From NCBI GenBank assembly GCA_018304465.1, contig JAGVWC010000006.1, positions 1 to 50,047 on the forward strand: a stretch of 50,047 nucleotides of DNA, in the 5' to 3' direction. Shown piece after piece: positions 19,437 to 28,038 of this stretch. Source of the stretch: Candidatus Iainarchaeum sp. Lineage in GTDB: Archaea > Iainarchaeota > Iainarchaeia > Iainarchaeales > JAGVWC01. Positions within the stretch are counted from its first letter, which is position 1. Each line of letters opens with the position of its first letter. Below the pieces are notes generated by a model that saw only the letters and a program-made list of their open reading frames with translations, had not been told where the DNA came from and made no database searches. Made by a program: the position numbers and the translations under genes.

Positions 19437-19486
19437 TTTTTCACCTCAACGGCCGTTTTTTGGGCCATTACCATAAGACTTGGTGC

Positions 19487-19517
19487 TGAAACCATACTTA
19501 TGGTTTCATGAAACCAT
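19487..19517. promoter_or_regulatory. Overlapping palindromic operators between the cop operon and the wHTH gene
   Basis: TGAAACCATA-CT-TATGGTTTCA followed directly by TGAAACCAT. Confidence 0.7.
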
Positions 19518-19597
19518 CGATTTTGAAGCCAAAACCGTCTTTTTGAGACCCTTCCAAATCCGCGGGATTTTAAACCCTTTTTAGAGGAGAAAAGTAT

Positions 19598-20116
19598 ATG
19601 GAAGTAAAAATTGATTTTTCCAACAAGCAAACCATCAGCGGGTTCATCATCCTGCTTTCCATTATTGGGCTCGCGTTTTATCTACCGGACCTGATCCTAC
19701 AGACCAATCCCACGGTGTGCACCATAAACGGCGTGTGCGAACACGAACAGCGTCTCAACCTGCTGACCGAAATGGTACCCGTGTTTATCCTGGCAGGCAT
19801 CGTGATCGGAGCGGCAGTATTCTTTTTCATGAGCTCGCGACTGGACACCCAACAAAAAGACCTCAAAAAAGTCACGGATGCATTGGTTCAGTTTCTTGGA
19901 AAAGACGAAAAACTCGTGGTTCAAAAACTCCTTGAAAACGACGGCAAAGTGCTTCAAGCCGAAGTCAGCCACATCGAAGGCATCGGAAAACTCAAAAGCC
20001 ACCGCATTATCCAACGCTTAATGGACCGCGGCGTGATCGAACGCGAAACATACGGAAAAACAAACATCATCAAACTGAACCCAGGACTCAAAGACACCTT
20101 GCTATCCAAAAAATAG
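19598..20116 (+). CDS. Membrane-anchored winged-helix regulator-like protein
   Basis: 2 TM segments flanking a CTINGVCEH loop; C-terminal wHTH (KSHRIIQRLMDRGVIERETYGKTN). Confidence 0.82.
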   Translation: MEVKIDFSNKQTISGFIILLSIIGLAFYLPDLILQTNPTVCTINGVCEHEQRLNLLTEMVPVFILAGIVIGAAVFFFMSSRLDTQQKDLKKVTDALVQFLGKDEKLVVQKLLENDGKVLQAEVSHIEGIGKLKSHRIIQRLMDRGVIERETYGKTNIIKLNPGLKDTLLSKK

Positions 20117-20122
20117 GGCGGG

Positions 20123-20446
20123 TCACACCACCTTTTTGGATAACCCGATCTCCTTGTTTTGCAATCGCGCGACCACGATTCCTTTTTTCAAATGCGATTC
20201 CACAAGTTCCGGAACATCCGCCACAGAAACGCCTTTGTACCACACGCCATCCGGATGCACGATCACCGCGGCACCCAAATGATGCTGTTTGGTACAACCG
20301 GTTTTCGAAACCAACACCTGGTTTTCAAGCCCGGCAAGTTTCACTTGCGTTCGAAACGCTTCCAGCAATCCAAATCCGCCCAATTCACCGCAATGGCCCG
20401 GTTTTTCATTTGTACACACCAGCACATGTCGAAGAAAAAAAGCCAT
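20123..20446 (-). CDS. Thioredoxin-like [2Fe-2S] ferredoxin
   Basis: HVLVCTN...C...KTGC...VHPDGVWY..V...DV.E.VESHL. Confidence 0.88.
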   Translation of the reverse strand: MAFFLRHVLVCTNEKPGHCGELGGFGLLEAFRTQVKLAGLENQVLVSKTGCTKQHHLGAAVIVHPDGVWYKGVSVADVPELVESHLKKGIVVARLQNKEIGLSKKVV

Positions 20447-20493
20447 ACCACCAAAACCGCTTCAAACACGATTAAAATCCATCGGTCCAAACG

Positions 20494-21504
20494 TCATTTT
20501 CGTTCCGTGAACAAGATATCCGCGTTGAAAACGCCGTTGTCCGAGCGAAAAATCTGGATAAAAAACAAGGTTTTTCCATCTGCCGTCAAAGTAGGTTCTC
20601 CGACGCCAAACTTGCTTTGAACCACGATTTTTGGCGTGCTCCACGAATTGGCATCCAGCGGATCCCCGTTTTTTTCCGAAGAAAAAATCTTGACCACGCC
20701 TTCGCGATCCGAACTGAAAAACAAGGTGTTCCCGTGCAAAAACGGCTGGAAATCCAGGGAATCCGAATTAATCGGAGACGGCAGCGGCCGCGGTGGGGTC
20801 CACGTTCCGTTCAATTTGTTCGAATAAAAAATATTGTAGCTTCCAAACTCGGACGGACGCTGGCTCCAAAAAAACAGTTCCGAATCATCGAAAGAAACGA
20901 ACGGATCATCATCCCCAAACTCAGAAGACAACGCCGCGATTCCGATGGGTTCGCCCCAGTTTCCATCTTTTTTTTCAGCGAAAAAAATATCCGACTTGAC
21001 CGCGTCGCTTTTGTCCCAGAAAAAATACGCTTTGTTTTCGTTAAGCAAAAACATCCCGCCAATCGGATGCCCCAACGTGACGGGGTGCGGCACGGGTTCG
21101 CTCCAGCCCGCATCCGTTTTTTCGGACACGAACGTGTCTCCACGCACGAAATTGCCCCACGGAAATTCAACGAATGTTCCGCAGGAATGACGCGGAACCT
21201 GATTGTTATCCCATGCAAAACAACTTTTTTTCGGATCGCGGTTCGGACCCGAAATCACGATCTTGGGATACTTGAACAAATCGATGTTGGTGTACTGAAA
21301 AAACAATTGTTTTCCGTCGGAAGAAATATAAGCGCCGTCTTCCCAGCCGCTTGAATTAATCGAAACCCACTCCGGAGAAGACCAGCCCAAGGCAACGCGG
21401 GCGACATCGGCGTTTCGAACCGCGCTCCAATCGGTTTCGGACGGAGGCGATGTACAACCCGCCAAAAAAACGAACAGGACACCCAAAACCATCAAAAGAC
21501 GCAT
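20494..21504 (-). CDS. Lipoprotein-like TolB/PD40 beta-propeller protein
   Basis: LAGC lipobox; repeats P.(IV)S.DG..LFF and LFFSSDR. Confidence 0.85.
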   Translation of the reverse strand: MRLLMVLGVLFVFLAGCTSPPSETDWSAVRNADVARVALGWSSPEWVSINSSGWEDGAYISSDGKQLFFQYTNIDLFKYPKIVISGPNRDPKKSCFAWDNNQVPRHSCGTFVEFPWGNFVRGDTFVSEKTDAGWSEPVPHPVTLGHPIGGMFLLNENKAYFFWDKSDAVKSDIFFAEKKDGNWGEPIGIAALSSEFGDDDPFVSFDDSELFFWSQRPSEFGSYNIFYSNKLNGTWTPPRPLPSPINSDSLDFQPFLHGNTLFFSSDREGVVKIFSSEKNGDPLDANSWSTPKIVVQSKFGVGEPTLTADGKTLFFIQIFRSDNGVFNADILFTERK

Positions 21505-21539
21505 GAAAGAATTACCCCGACCAAAAATAGGAACCCGTT

Positions 21540-21857
21540 TTACCCTTCATTTCCCCGGACAAACACGCCCACGAACGTGCGGCAAAACTGCTGTTTGGCC
21601 AGCTTTAATTCCCGCTCTCCGCCCTTGGACAAATGATACACGATGGTTTTGCCTTTTTTTTCCTCCAAAATCAATCCCGCTTCCTTCAATTCCTTGAGCG
21701 CGGGATAAATCGTTCCGGGACTTGGACGAATCCCCTTGCGTTTTTCCATTTCGTCGGCCAGCTGCTGACCGTGCATCGCGGATTTTGACAACAAAAACAA
21801 AATCAAAAACGACAGCATGCCGCGCATGTCGCAGTGCAAGGGTTTTTCTTTGACCAT
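21540..21857 (-). CDS. PadR-family regulator
   Basis: LILFLL...MHG, PSPGTIYPALKEL, YHLSKGG. Confidence 0.9.
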   Translation of the reverse strand: MVKEKPLHCDMRGMLSFLILFLLSKSAMHGQQLADEMEKRKGIRPSPGTIYPALKELKEAGLILEEKKGKTIVYHLSKGGERELKLAKQQFCRTFVGVFVRGNEG

Positions 21858-21863
21858 ACCCTC

Positions 21864-21921
21864 TATTGGGTAACCAATATATATAAAAATACCGGAGCCA
21901 TATATATCGTATATCCGATAT
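21864..21921. promoter_or_regulatory. Palindromes in the divergent padR/small-gene promoter
   Basis: TATTGG-GTAA-CCAATA (21864-21879) and ATATCG-TATATC-CGATAT (21904-21921). Confidence 0.5.
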
Positions 21922-21938
21922 TTGGAGGAGGTTTTCCC

Positions 21939-22076
21939 ATGCACGGATGCTGTACCAGCCGAAGTTTCCTGACCAAGGACGAAAAAATCGAGATGCTCAC
22001 AGAATACAAAGAAGAACTCGAAAAAGAAGCCCAAGGCGTCGGGGAACGCATCAAAGAACTAGAGAAAGCCTCGTAA
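21939..22076 (+). CDS. Small coiled-coil protein (DUF5320-like) with N-terminal HGCC
   Basis: GGAGGAGG RBS; MHGCCTSRSFLTKDEKIEML...ERIKELEK. Confidence 0.8.
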   Translation: MHGCCTSRSFLTKDEKIEMLTEYKEELEKEAQGVGERIKELEKAS

Positions 22077-22094
22077 AGGCTTTCCTTTCTTTTT

Positions 22095-22667
22095 TTATTC
22101 CGGTTTTCGCCTGCCGGTAGGACCAAGCGAAGGATTATCAAAATCCAGTCGTTCGCGTAAATGCGCCACCACGGGGTTTTGGATCCGATAATTCGTGGAA
22201 AGCCCCGAAATCGACGAAATAAACATTTCCACACTGTCCACGTTGTTTTTCCACCGTACCTTCAAACGCTGAACAAATGCTTCAAAATCAGGCAATGTCG
22301 CGTGCAACGAAATAACCACGTTGGTTTTTCCCCCGCCTTCGCCTTGCACGAACGCGAAAACCTCCGGCAACAGCCGGACAAACTCGGTAAACTCCGAGAG
22401 TTCTTTTTGCTTGGAATAATCCATCCACCGATACAACGTAATCGCGTGCACCGTCAAACCCAGTTTTTCAAAATCCACGATGGGCTGATACCCCAGCACC
22501 ACGCCTTTTTTCTCCAATCGCTGCCGAATCTTCGCGATTCCCGGACGCGACGTATTCAATCTACGCGCGATTTCCTGATCCGAAATACGGCTGTTCTTTA
22601 AGAGCTCCACCAGCACGTGAAACTCTCTTTTTGACAATGGCTCCGAACCCAAAAAAACACTCCCCAT
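22095..22667 (-). CDS. Lrp/AsnC-family regulator
   Basis: LLKNSRISDQEIARRL...RLEKKGVV.GY..VDFEKLG. Confidence 0.88.
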   Translation of the reverse strand: MGSVFLGSEPLSKREFHVLVELLKNSRISDQEIARRLNTSRPGIAKIRQRLEKKGVVLGYQPIVDFEKLGLTVHAITLYRWMDYSKQKELSEFTEFVRLLPEVFAFVQGEGGGKTNVVISLHATLPDFEAFVQRLKVRWKNNVDSVEMFISSISGLSTNYRIQNPVVAHLRERLDFDNPSLGPTGRRKPE

Positions 22668-22867
22668 ACCACTAGTGACGAATCGATTAAAAATGGAACG
22701 AAAAAATTCCGCTACGAATGAAGAAAACCAAGAAACCCGAGGCAAAGTTTATATCAGTATAATTCGATAATATAACTCTAACAGAGGTGCAGCGGAAGGT
22801 GACACATATGAACGATGTCAGCTTGAACGCGTAAAGCAGGTTCCCCCGAAAAAACCCGCTTTTGTGT

Positions 22868-23779
22868 TCAAGAGGGGCCCTTGGGCCCCCCCTTTTTCCT
22901 AACCAATTTTCGGGCCAATGCCGCGGCACCAATCGCGCCGCCAAACGACGATAAATCCGTTTTCTCGATCATCAAACCCCGTGAAAGAGAAGGATACAAC
23001 AATTTTTTGGCTGTTTTTTTGGCCGCATTCACCAAAAACGGGGAATTGGAAAGCCCGCCCGCCAACACCACGCGATCCAAATGCAACGTGGACACGAGGT
23101 TCGCTACCCCGATTCCGACCCAATACCCGGTTTCTTCCAGCACTTTGCGCGCTTTCGTATTTCCGCCCCTGGCAAGCTCCGACACAAGCAACGGGTTAGA
23201 AACCGGCAACCCCGCGAGTTTTGCCCGGCGAACCACCGAAAGCGCATTGGCTTGGGCTTCCAAAGAACCTTTCACCCCTCCCGAATCCACAAAACCCGAA
23301 TCTGTCACCACGCACTGCCCGAACTCGGACGCGAAATTTTTTCCATGAAACAATTTTCCTTCAAAGACCAAGCCGCATCCAATCCCGGTTCCCAAAGTCA
23401 ACACCCCTAAAAAAGACGGCTTTTTTTTCGCGGTCACGAACTCGCCAAACGCCCACGCATTCGCGTCGTTTTCAACCGCCACAGGAAGCTTTAAAGACGA
23501 AAACTTTTTTCCGATCGAAAACAATCCCGGACCATACAAATTAAACGAATCCGAAACCGTTTTTTTTCGGGAGTCCACGCACCCCGCGGTTCCGATCCCG
23601 ATGGCGGACACATCCAACCGATCGCTCCAAAACCGCGTGTGATGCAACAGCATCGAAAACAACTTTGAAGAAGAATCCGGCGTGTCAAACGAAAAAAATT
23701 CGTACACCGCGTGACGCGCGTCCACCAAGCCAAGCAACGACTTGGTTCCGCCGATGTCCACGCCGACTACAAAAGACAT
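22868..23779 (-). CDS. ROK-family sugar kinase
   Basis: GVDIGGTK, ENDAN, TLGTGIG, SEFGQ; lacks the CxCG Zn motif. Confidence 0.9.
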   Translation of the reverse strand: MSFVVGVDIGGTKSLLGLVDARHAVYEFFSFDTPDSSSKLFSMLLHHTRFWSDRLDVSAIGIGTAGCVDSRKKTVSDSFNLYGPGLFSIGKKFSSLKLPVAVENDANAWAFGEFVTAKKKPSFLGVLTLGTGIGCGLVFEGKLFHGKNFASEFGQCVVTDSGFVDSGGVKGSLEAQANALSVVRRAKLAGLPVSNPLLVSELARGGNTKARKVLEETGYWVGIGVANLVSTLHLDRVVLAGGLSNSPFLVNAAKKTAKKLLYPSLSRGLMIEKTDLSSFGGAIGAAALARKLVRKKGGPKGPS

Positions 23780-25218
23780 CAGTTCCCCTTCCCTGTTTTT
23801 TCGACCAAAAACAATTCCGCAAACGCCGCCAGATGCATCGGAAGCAACAGCGATTCCGAAAGCCATTCATACAAACTGATTCGGCGAAAAACAGAGAGGT
23901 TCTTGGATTCCAGATCGATCCGCGCGGCGATCACAAACGAGCGGAGTTTTCGGATCGCCAGATACTTTTGCAGCATCACGTCCACGCCGAATTCGAACGC
24001 GGCCGACGCGGAACCCGGCTCGAACAAACCGCGGTCCGATTCAAAACTCCAAAGACAAGAACGAGCATGACGCTTCGTCCACGACACCCCGATTTTTCGA
24101 ACCAAACGATCCGACGCGCCGCAATGAAACCGATTCGGAACCAACACGATGTCCGGCGCCAAAGAATCGAGCAAACGCAACAACTTTTTCTCGTCCGCTT
24201 TTTTGGTCGACGACAATTTTTTGGATTGTTTCGAGCGCACGAACAAACAACGCAGACCCAAAGCATGACCATTGGAAAGCGCTTCTTTTTCAAGCAACCG
24301 CGTGGATTCCGTGGCGCCGCTTTCCTCCAAGACAATACCGAACACCGCGTTTTTCGGTGAAAGCGACCGGAGCAAACCCCCGCAAAACATCGAAGCGTCC
24401 GGAAGACGCGAAGACAACACCACGATTTTTTTCGTTCGCGGCAAATTAAAAAAATTCCAAAGATCCATTTCATCCGCAGGCAATCCCGAAGACGCAAAAC
24501 GGGTCAAAGATGCCGCTAAACTATCCGCGATGACCCACGCATCCGGATGACGCGACAATACGGAAGCCGGACACGCGGTGGACACCGGTCGGTCCAGCAT
24601 CGCCGACACCGCGGGCGCTTTTTCGGTTCCCGTGGCCAGCAACACGACACGCTTTGATTTTAAAATTTCGGATAATCCAAACGAAAACGCTTTTTTCGGA
24701 ACCGCTTCGATCGACGAAAAAAAACGCGCGTTATCCAAACGCGTTTTTTGCGAAAGCGACACGACGCGCACATGCGAATTCAGAAGCGATCCCGGTTCGT
24801 TAAACGCCACGTGACCGTTCTGTCCGATCCCAAGAATCGCAAGATCCACGGGAAACTCTTTTAGAAGCACGTGCATTTTCAACAATTCTTTTTCAGGATC
24901 CAGGGAATGCGGATTCCACAGCAACAGGTTTTTTTTCTGCGCGTTGATCCGCGAAAACAAATGATGATGGAAAAAAAAGTGATACGAATCCGAATACTCG
25001 GAACAATCCAAGTACTCGTCCAAATTGAAAAAAACCGCTTTGGAAAAATCCAGCTTACCTTTTTCATGCGCCCGCACCAGGCGTTTGTACAAACCCAACG
25101 GAGAAGAACCCGACGACAGCAAAAAAACCGAGGACGGCTTTTTTTTCAACTGGTCCGCCACCAAATTGAAAACAACGTCCGAAACCTGATACGCGTTCCG
25201 GCAAACGACAAACCGCAT
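23779..25218 (-). CDS. nagB: Glucosamine-6-phosphate deaminase fused to a degenerate PIG-L/LmbE-like domain
   Basis: SGSSP, FNLDEY, LGIGQNGHVAFNEP, PASVL..HP; C-terminal domain lacks HPDD. Confidence 0.87.
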   Translation of the reverse strand: MRFVVCRNAYQVSDVVFNLVADQLKKKPSSVFLLSSGSSPLGLYKRLVRAHEKGKLDFSKAVFFNLDEYLDCSEYSDSYHFFFHHHLFSRINAQKKNLLLWNPHSLDPEKELLKMHVLLKEFPVDLAILGIGQNGHVAFNEPGSLLNSHVRVVSLSQKTRLDNARFFSSIEAVPKKAFSFGLSEILKSKRVVLLATGTEKAPAVSAMLDRPVSTACPASVLSRHPDAWVIADSLAASLTRFASSGLPADEMDLWNFFNLPRTKKIVVLSSRLPDASMFCGGLLRSLSPKNAVFGIVLEESGATESTRLLEKEALSNGHALGLRCLFVRSKQSKKLSSTKKADEKKLLRLLDSLAPDIVLVPNRFHCGASDRLVRKIGVSWTKRHARSCLWSFESDRGLFEPGSASAAFEFGVDVMLQKYLAIRKLRSFVIAARIDLESKNLSVFRRISLYEWLSESLLLPMHLAAFAELFLVEKTGKGN

Positions 25219-25426
25219 AAAAAACCACTAAAAGAAGGGAATCCAAAAATAAAAGCATTGCGTATCTCCAATTTACCAAAAAACCCAAAAAAAGCCCTTC
25301 TTTTAAGCGGAATTCGACCCGACAACAGCCTCCAAGAAGAGGTTTTTTAAAGGTTTTTTCAGAGAATATAAGTATTCAAAATCGACTTTTTTGTCGTTTT
25401 AATGATTACCGATAGGAATGATGTAA

Positions 25427-26197
25427 ATGGGACTTCGACCAGCCAAGTGTTATCGCGACTCTTCCAAGATGCGCGCCTTTACCCGCTTAGCCATGAAGGT
25501 ACCCGACAAGAACTATATCGGCACCGCTCCCGGAGTCCGCACCCGACAATTTAACATGGGAAACCCCATCAAAAACTTTACCCGCATCATGGACCTTCAA
25601 ATCGGAGAAACCATGCAGATCCGCGACAACGCCATGGAAGCCGTTCGCCAGGCCATCAACCGATACATGCAAAAACACCTGGGCAAAGAAGGCTACTTCA
25701 TGAAAATCCGCGTGTACCCGCATCAAGTACTGCGCGAAAACAAACAAGCCCAAGGCGCGGGAGCCGACCGAATCCAAAAAGGAATGAGCCACCCGTACGG
25801 CCGCCCCATCGGACGCGCGATCCGCGTTCGAGAAGGACAAATCATTATCAGCCTCTTGTGTGATCCCGAAAAAATCGAACTTGCCAAAACCGGATTAATG
25901 CGCGCGGGCCCCAAACTCGGAGCCGTCGTGCACATCAAAATCGGAACCGACGTTGAACGCATCGGAACACGACCCAAAACCGTCAAAGAAGAAGCAGCGC
26001 CGACCATCGAAAAAACCGAAGCCAAAGAAGGCGAAGCCGCCGCCACCGGAAAAGAAGGCGAAAAAGGCAAAGAAGCCCCCACCGGAAAAGACGCCAAGAA
26101 ACCCGAAACCGCCGGCGGCAAAAAAGACACCGGCGGAAAAAAGGACGCCGGAGCCAAGAAAGAAGAACCCAAAAAAGACGCCAAAGGCAAAAAATAA
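25427..26197 (+). CDS. rpl10e: Ribosomal protein uL16 (L10e) with Lys/Glu-rich tail
   Basis: MGLRPAKCYR, IRDNAMEA.R, YPHQVLRENK, GADR...GM..PYGRP.G. Confidence 0.96.
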   Translation: MGLRPAKCYRDSSKMRAFTRLAMKVPDKNYIGTAPGVRTRQFNMGNPIKNFTRIMDLQIGETMQIRDNAMEAVRQAINRYMQKHLGKEGYFMKIRVYPHQVLRENKQAQGAGADRIQKGMSHPYGRPIGRAIRVREGQIIISLLCDPEKIELAKTGLMRAGPKLGAVVHIKIGTDVERIGTRPKTVKEEAAPTIEKTEAKEGEAAATGKEGEKGKEAPTGKDAKKPETAGGKKDTGGKKDAGAKKEEPKKDAKGKK

Positions 26198-26260
26198 TGC
26201 CCAAAGACTTTTCGGATTCTTTTTTCCATTTTCTATTTCACTTTTTTCGAGGTTTTTGAA

Positions 26261-27262
26261 ATCTTTGACATCGATTTAACCCCGTTGTTTGACGCCGCCC
26301 AAAAACAAAAACCAAAACTCATCGCATTACAGATCCCCGAAGGACTCAAACCCCGCGGAAACGATCTGCAAAACGAAATCGAACAAAAAACCGGGGCCCA
26401 AACCATTCTGTTCATCGACCCGATTTTCGGGGCCTGCATGCTCGCCGACGAAACCGCCAAAGCCCTCGGCGCGGATTTATTGGTTCACTTCGGACACAAC
26501 CGATTCTACAAAGAAAACATTGCCACGGTCTACATTCCCGTTCGCTACACGATCACGGAGCACGAACTCGACCAAATAACAAAAAAAATCCAAACAATTA
26601 TCGCGAAAGAAAAATTTTCTTCCATCGGACTCGTCGCCGTCATCCAAACCATTCACCACCTACCCAACATCCAACAACGCCTCGCGAAACACAAAATCAC
26701 CGCCGTCATCGGAAAAGAAAACGGGTTCATGGAAAACGGACAAATCCTCGGATGCAACTATTCCACCGCCAAACTGATTGCAAACCAAGTCGACGCGATT
26801 TTTTACATCGGAGACGGACGCTTTCACCCCGTCGGACTCGTCATCGACACGAACAAACCCGTTTACACGATCAACCCGTTCACGTTTGAAACCAAAGCCA
26901 TTTCCAACGAACGCGACCAATTCTACAAAAAACGCCTCGGTCTCATCGCCAAAAGCCAAGATGCGAAACACTTCGGAATTTTGGTCAGCACGGAAAAAGG
27001 ACAATGGGGCATCCAAAAAGCGTTGCTTGCCAAAAAGAAAATCGAACAAAGCAAAAAAACCGCGATCATTCTCGTCGGCGGACTCCTAAAACCCGAATAC
27101 ATCACCGGAATCAAAATCGACTGCCTCGTGAACACCGCGTGTCCGCGCATCGCGACCGATGATTCGAACAATTACGGAGTACCGGTTCTTTCGATCTACG
27201 AACTCGAATTCGCGCTCGGAAACAAACCCCTCGAAGAATTCCGACTCGAAAACACGCTCTGA
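26261..27262 (+). CDS. dph2: Diphthamide biosynthesis protein Dph2
   Basis: LQIPEGLK, FGAC, HFGH, GQILGC, GDGRFH, TACPRI; start codon ambiguous. Confidence 0.93.
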   Translation: MFDIDLTPLFDAAQKQKPKLIALQIPEGLKPRGNDLQNEIEQKTGAQTILFIDPIFGACMLADETAKALGADLLVHFGHNRFYKENIATVYIPVRYTITEHELDQITKKIQTIIAKEKFSSIGLVAVIQTIHHLPNIQQRLAKHKITAVIGKENGFMENGQILGCNYSTAKLIANQVDAIFYIGDGRFHPVGLVIDTNKPVYTINPFTFETKAISNERDQFYKKRLGLIAKSQDAKHFGILVSTEKGQWGIQKALLAKKKIEQSKKTAIILVGGLLKPEYITGIKIDCLVNTACPRIATDDSNNYGVPVLSIYELEFALGNKPLEEFRLENTL

Positions 27263-27298
27263 AAAAGAATTAAATAATCTCAACTGCTTTTGTAATGC

Positions 27299-27997
27299 AT
27301 GACCCAAAAACCACTGCCCAAAACCCTGGTCCAGCGGCTACGCCGAATCGTTCGAAACACCCACAAAAAAGACGGTTCCCTTAAACGCGTATACCGCGCA
27401 TTGGGCCGCATGCAAAACATCGATCATCGGCACCCCGAACGAACCCAAGACATTGCCCCACACGACACAAAATCCTGGGGCGGACGCGTTCGAAAAATGA
27501 ACGTGTCTCGAAACTATCAGCACACTTCCCTGGTTCTAAAGCGCACCCACTGGCGCGGCGCCAAACCCACCATCACGGGACTTCGACGACGCGTACGAAT
27601 TCACAACGCGCTCGCTACGACCGCAAAAGCGATTGGAAAAATCGTGTCGCGACACAATCGGCTTTTTCGGCCTCGCGCCTACCGATTACTCGTGCCCACG
27701 GCTTACGCCATCGGAAAAGACCTCGTCGCCATGCACCACGCCGAATTCGTCAATGTTGAAGAAATCGTGGGACTCCATAACGATCCATGGGACTCCATTG
27801 GAACAACGGAGCGCGGTCGGCAATTGTTTTTGCACATGGCCGAAAAAGGCGCCAACATCGACACCTTACGCCGGATATGCGAGCAAGTATACCGACGCAC
27901 AGGCATCCAGCACATGGACCTGCTGATCACCGGGTTTGAAAACAATCAATTCGTTTTGTTGCCCTTGATCGATTATTCCAAGCAGCCTAAGAAATAA
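27299..27997 (+). CDS. Arg-rich orphan protein, possibly a degenerate kinase-like fold
   Basis: 232-aa ORF between housekeeping genes; basic N-terminus; LVLK, LVAM and DLLITG...LID elements (weak). Confidence 0.6.
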   Translation: MTQKPLPKTLVQRLRRIVRNTHKKDGSLKRVYRALGRMQNIDHRHPERTQDIAPHDTKSWGGRVRKMNVSRNYQHTSLVLKRTHWRGAKPTITGLRRRVRIHNALATTAKAIGKIVSRHNRLFRPRAYRLLVPTAYAIGKDLVAMHHAEFVNVEEIVGLHNDPWDSIGTTERGRQLFLHMAEKGANIDTLRRICEQVYRRTGIQHMDLLITGFENNQFVLLPLIDYSKQPKK

Positions 27998-28038
27998 GAT
28001 GTCGAGACAAAGGAAGGAATCCGCATCACTGCAAAAAA

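Noticed and set aside
22783-22860. Lysine riboswitch (AGAGGTGC start)
   Set aside because: Too short, remaining conserved elements absent, no downstream co-oriented gene
22871-22900. GGGGCCC-TT-GGGCCCC hairpin as a mobile repeat
   Set aside because: Single copy overlapping the ROK 3' end; more simply a terminator-like structure
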